From: Callorhinchus milii
Lineage: Eukaryota
Direction: 5' to 3'
Length of the DNA: 64,000 bases
NCBI RefSeq assembly: GCF_018977255.1
Contig: NW_024704742.1
Coordinates: forward strand, 95,482,001-95,546,000
Shown: positions 61,722-64,000 of the stretch, piece after piece
Layout of the letters: every line of letters starts with the position of its first letter
Numbering within the stretch: position 1 is the first letter of the stretch
Program-made: the position numbers and the translations under genes
The notes under the pieces: generated by a model
What the model was told of the DNA's origin: nothing
Seen by the model: the letters and a program-made list of their open reading frames with translations, nothing else
Database searches by the model: none

Positions 61722-62135
61722 TAATAATAATAATCCTTGCATTTGATATAGTGCCTTATTACGTCGTTGAGATGTCTCAAAGCGCTTCACAGAAGATATT
61801 GTGAAGTGGATTGACTGGGGTAGCCAATTGCGCACAAATGCCCCACAAACAATGATGGATTGAGTGACCTGAATTTTGTTTTGAGATTTTTTTCTGGAAA
61901 GCGATCTGCCAATCAACCAAAAAATGGGTTCTTATTTACTGGGTAAACAGAGGTGTGTGGAGTAAGGAAACTTGCCTAAGGTTTCAGCGCCTTGGGACGT
62001 CCTCCCGACGTGAAAGGCGCTCTATAAATGGAATCTTGTTGTTGTTGTTGTTTCGCCCTGCACGTGAATTGCACCTGTGTCCTCTCGTTTGTGAGGCAAG
62101 TGCTCCAAACAATACTCTATGGGACTCCGTAGCTA
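61722..62135 (-). mobile_element. tRNA-head SINE carrying a nested 64-bp L2 tail (61986-62049, +)
   Basis: SINE sequence aaggtttc|gccctgc split by the insert, with gtttc duplicated. Confidence 0.85.
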
Positions 62136-64000
62136 CAATGTGACATCAAGTGCTTTCAATAACAATCCTTTTACAGACAAACAATGAATCATTTTCATTG
62201 AATTTCAAATATAATTTCAAATCATACATAAGGATTATTATTCTTTATTTGGTAACCATGGATATTGTAGCTCTCAGATTGAGAGTCTTTTGTGTGCTTA
62301 TCAAGATGAGACTTTATTGTTTTTTGCTTACAGGCTCCTAGTGTGTCTCCCACATCAGGTTTGAAACTGGCAAAACGCCGAGAAAGCTCCTACCTTTTTT
62401 TTTACTCTAAGCAATGAGTCTTAACCCCAATTAGAAAAGCAACACAATGGAACCAATGTCAATTTTTCCATTCCCCACACCATCCCTTCTACTATGACAG
62501 AGAATAACAATTCAATGACTGATTGGGTGAATCATGGACAGTTTTGTGCAGTACCTTCACATCCATAGAGAACCGGGATGAGATTGACCAAATGTTTTCG
62601 ACCTGTCACCAGTTAAACTAACAGACAGACAAGATTTTCAACGTGTTAATCTGGGTTGGATTCGAACCCTGCTCCCAGCAAAATATTTAATTGTAGAAAT
62701 GGTTATCATCATCGTATGTTCAGAGGTGTCTCACTGGGAGCTGCACTGTAGAAAATTGTACTTAAGGAAATTGTCAATTTTAAAAAATAATAGTTGTATT
62801 TGATATCTGACCTCAAAATGTCTCACCTATTTCATACAAGTAACTATTATATGGAAATAATAGAAGCTATTCAGCAACAGCAACAAGCCACAAACAGCAA
62901 TATGAGAGGAATGAATTATTAGAATTTTTTGGAGGTGAATGTGAGTAAATGAAATGGTGGCCATGATGATCCTGGGAGAACTCCATGTGCTTCATTTAAA
63001 CACTCCAAGATGCTGCCTCGTGTGAAGGGCACTGTGTAAATGCAAATGCAAGTTGTTGTTGTTGAACTAGTATCATGTGTCTATAAGATCCTTTTTAGGA
63101 TTTATAAATGAAGTATGTAAGCTTGTATGTATAGACAAGTCCAGTCTGTTATTGTGGGTTTCATCTCACTAGGGTTGGGACAAATATAGGTAAGATTGAT
63201 AGCATTCATTTAGACTGAGGAATGGCAGATGAATTTTAATGTAGATGAATGTAAGCGAGTACATATAGAAAAAAAATCCTGCAAGGAATTAATTTCATAA
63301 TAAGAATAAGAATGCTTGCATTTGATATAGCGCCTTATCACATCGTTGAGACTTCTCAAAGCACTTCACAGAATATATTGTAAAGTGGATTGACTGTGTA
63401 TTTTGTGGGCAAAATGGGGCAGCCAGTTGTAAACAGTAGCATCCCACAAACAGTCGTGATCTGAGTGACCAAATATTTTTTTTGAGGATAGACGGGGTGA
63501 GAGTAATGAAAGTTAGAGGATACAAAAATGGATTGATAAAAGAACATTTACAAACTTCAAGAGAGACTAGAGATTGGAAAATGCTGACTACCCATTCACA
63601 GGACATCGAGAGACAAATACAGTATATGCACTAATTGGGACCAGTCCCAATGTGGATATGCAAACTATGTGCATTACTGGTCATCACACAAGATGCAAAT
63701 TGGTTAGTGTGCTGACGAAAAATATTCCATCAGAGGTTATGCTTTTACTATATCACAGTGTGCCAGCCCTTCTCTCCCTCTGCCTCTCTCACTCTGATTT
63801 TCTCTTTTTTCTCTTTCTCTGAGACTCTCTCACTTTTGATGTTCTATTCTTTTATGTCTGTGTCAGTCTCTAAATACTTAAAGTATTTAAGTCTCTAAAT
63901 ACTAAGTACTAAATACTTATCTCTCATTGCAAACAAAAACTTAGTCCTGCATATGCGTGTGAGGTTACTTGCAAATCATATCCCTGGTAACCTTGTGCAT

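Noticed and set aside
62333..62423. Strong acceptor downstream of the stop codon
   Set aside because: No convincing upstream donor; cannot distinguish it from a chance T-rich tract.
1..64000. Prokaryote-type systems (CRISPR arrays, operons, defence loci)
   Set aside because: No regularly spaced repeat-spacer array or dense ORF cluster; the sequence is clearly spliced eukaryotic DNA.

Overview
Eukaryotic, repeat-rich vertebrate DNA. The mix of L2 and CR1 LINEs, tRNA-head/Deu-type SINEs and Penelope-like foldbacks suggests a cartilaginous fish (inference). Most of the window is one + strand, intron-rich gene for an F-box/leucine-rich-repeat (FBXL-type) protein. Nine phase-compatible GT-AG exons from 17149 to the TGA at 61473-61475 splice into 408 aa (F-box plus ~12-13 LRRs). 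Further probable N-terminal exons lie at 9631-9773, ~6760-6861 and 1079-1199, and the start codon is unresolved, possibly upstream of the window. Nearly all ORF-track ORFs are LINE/SINE debris or chance ORFs. Signals the ORF track misses: (i) two ~200-bp foldback inserts with 14-16-bp target-site duplications and a minimal hammerhead-ribozyme core at the centre; (ii) two diverged copies of a Tigger-like element, each keeping four TGA(T/C)TGACAG PBX/PREP-type decamers plus ETS and CCAAT motifs; (iii) a decayed pogo/Tigger transposase with nested insertions; (iv) several hAT-type MITEs; (v) an 88-nt near-perfect intronic hairpin; (vi) a young SINE subfamily whose tail matches the youngest L2. 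Repeat boundaries are approximate, read by eye.
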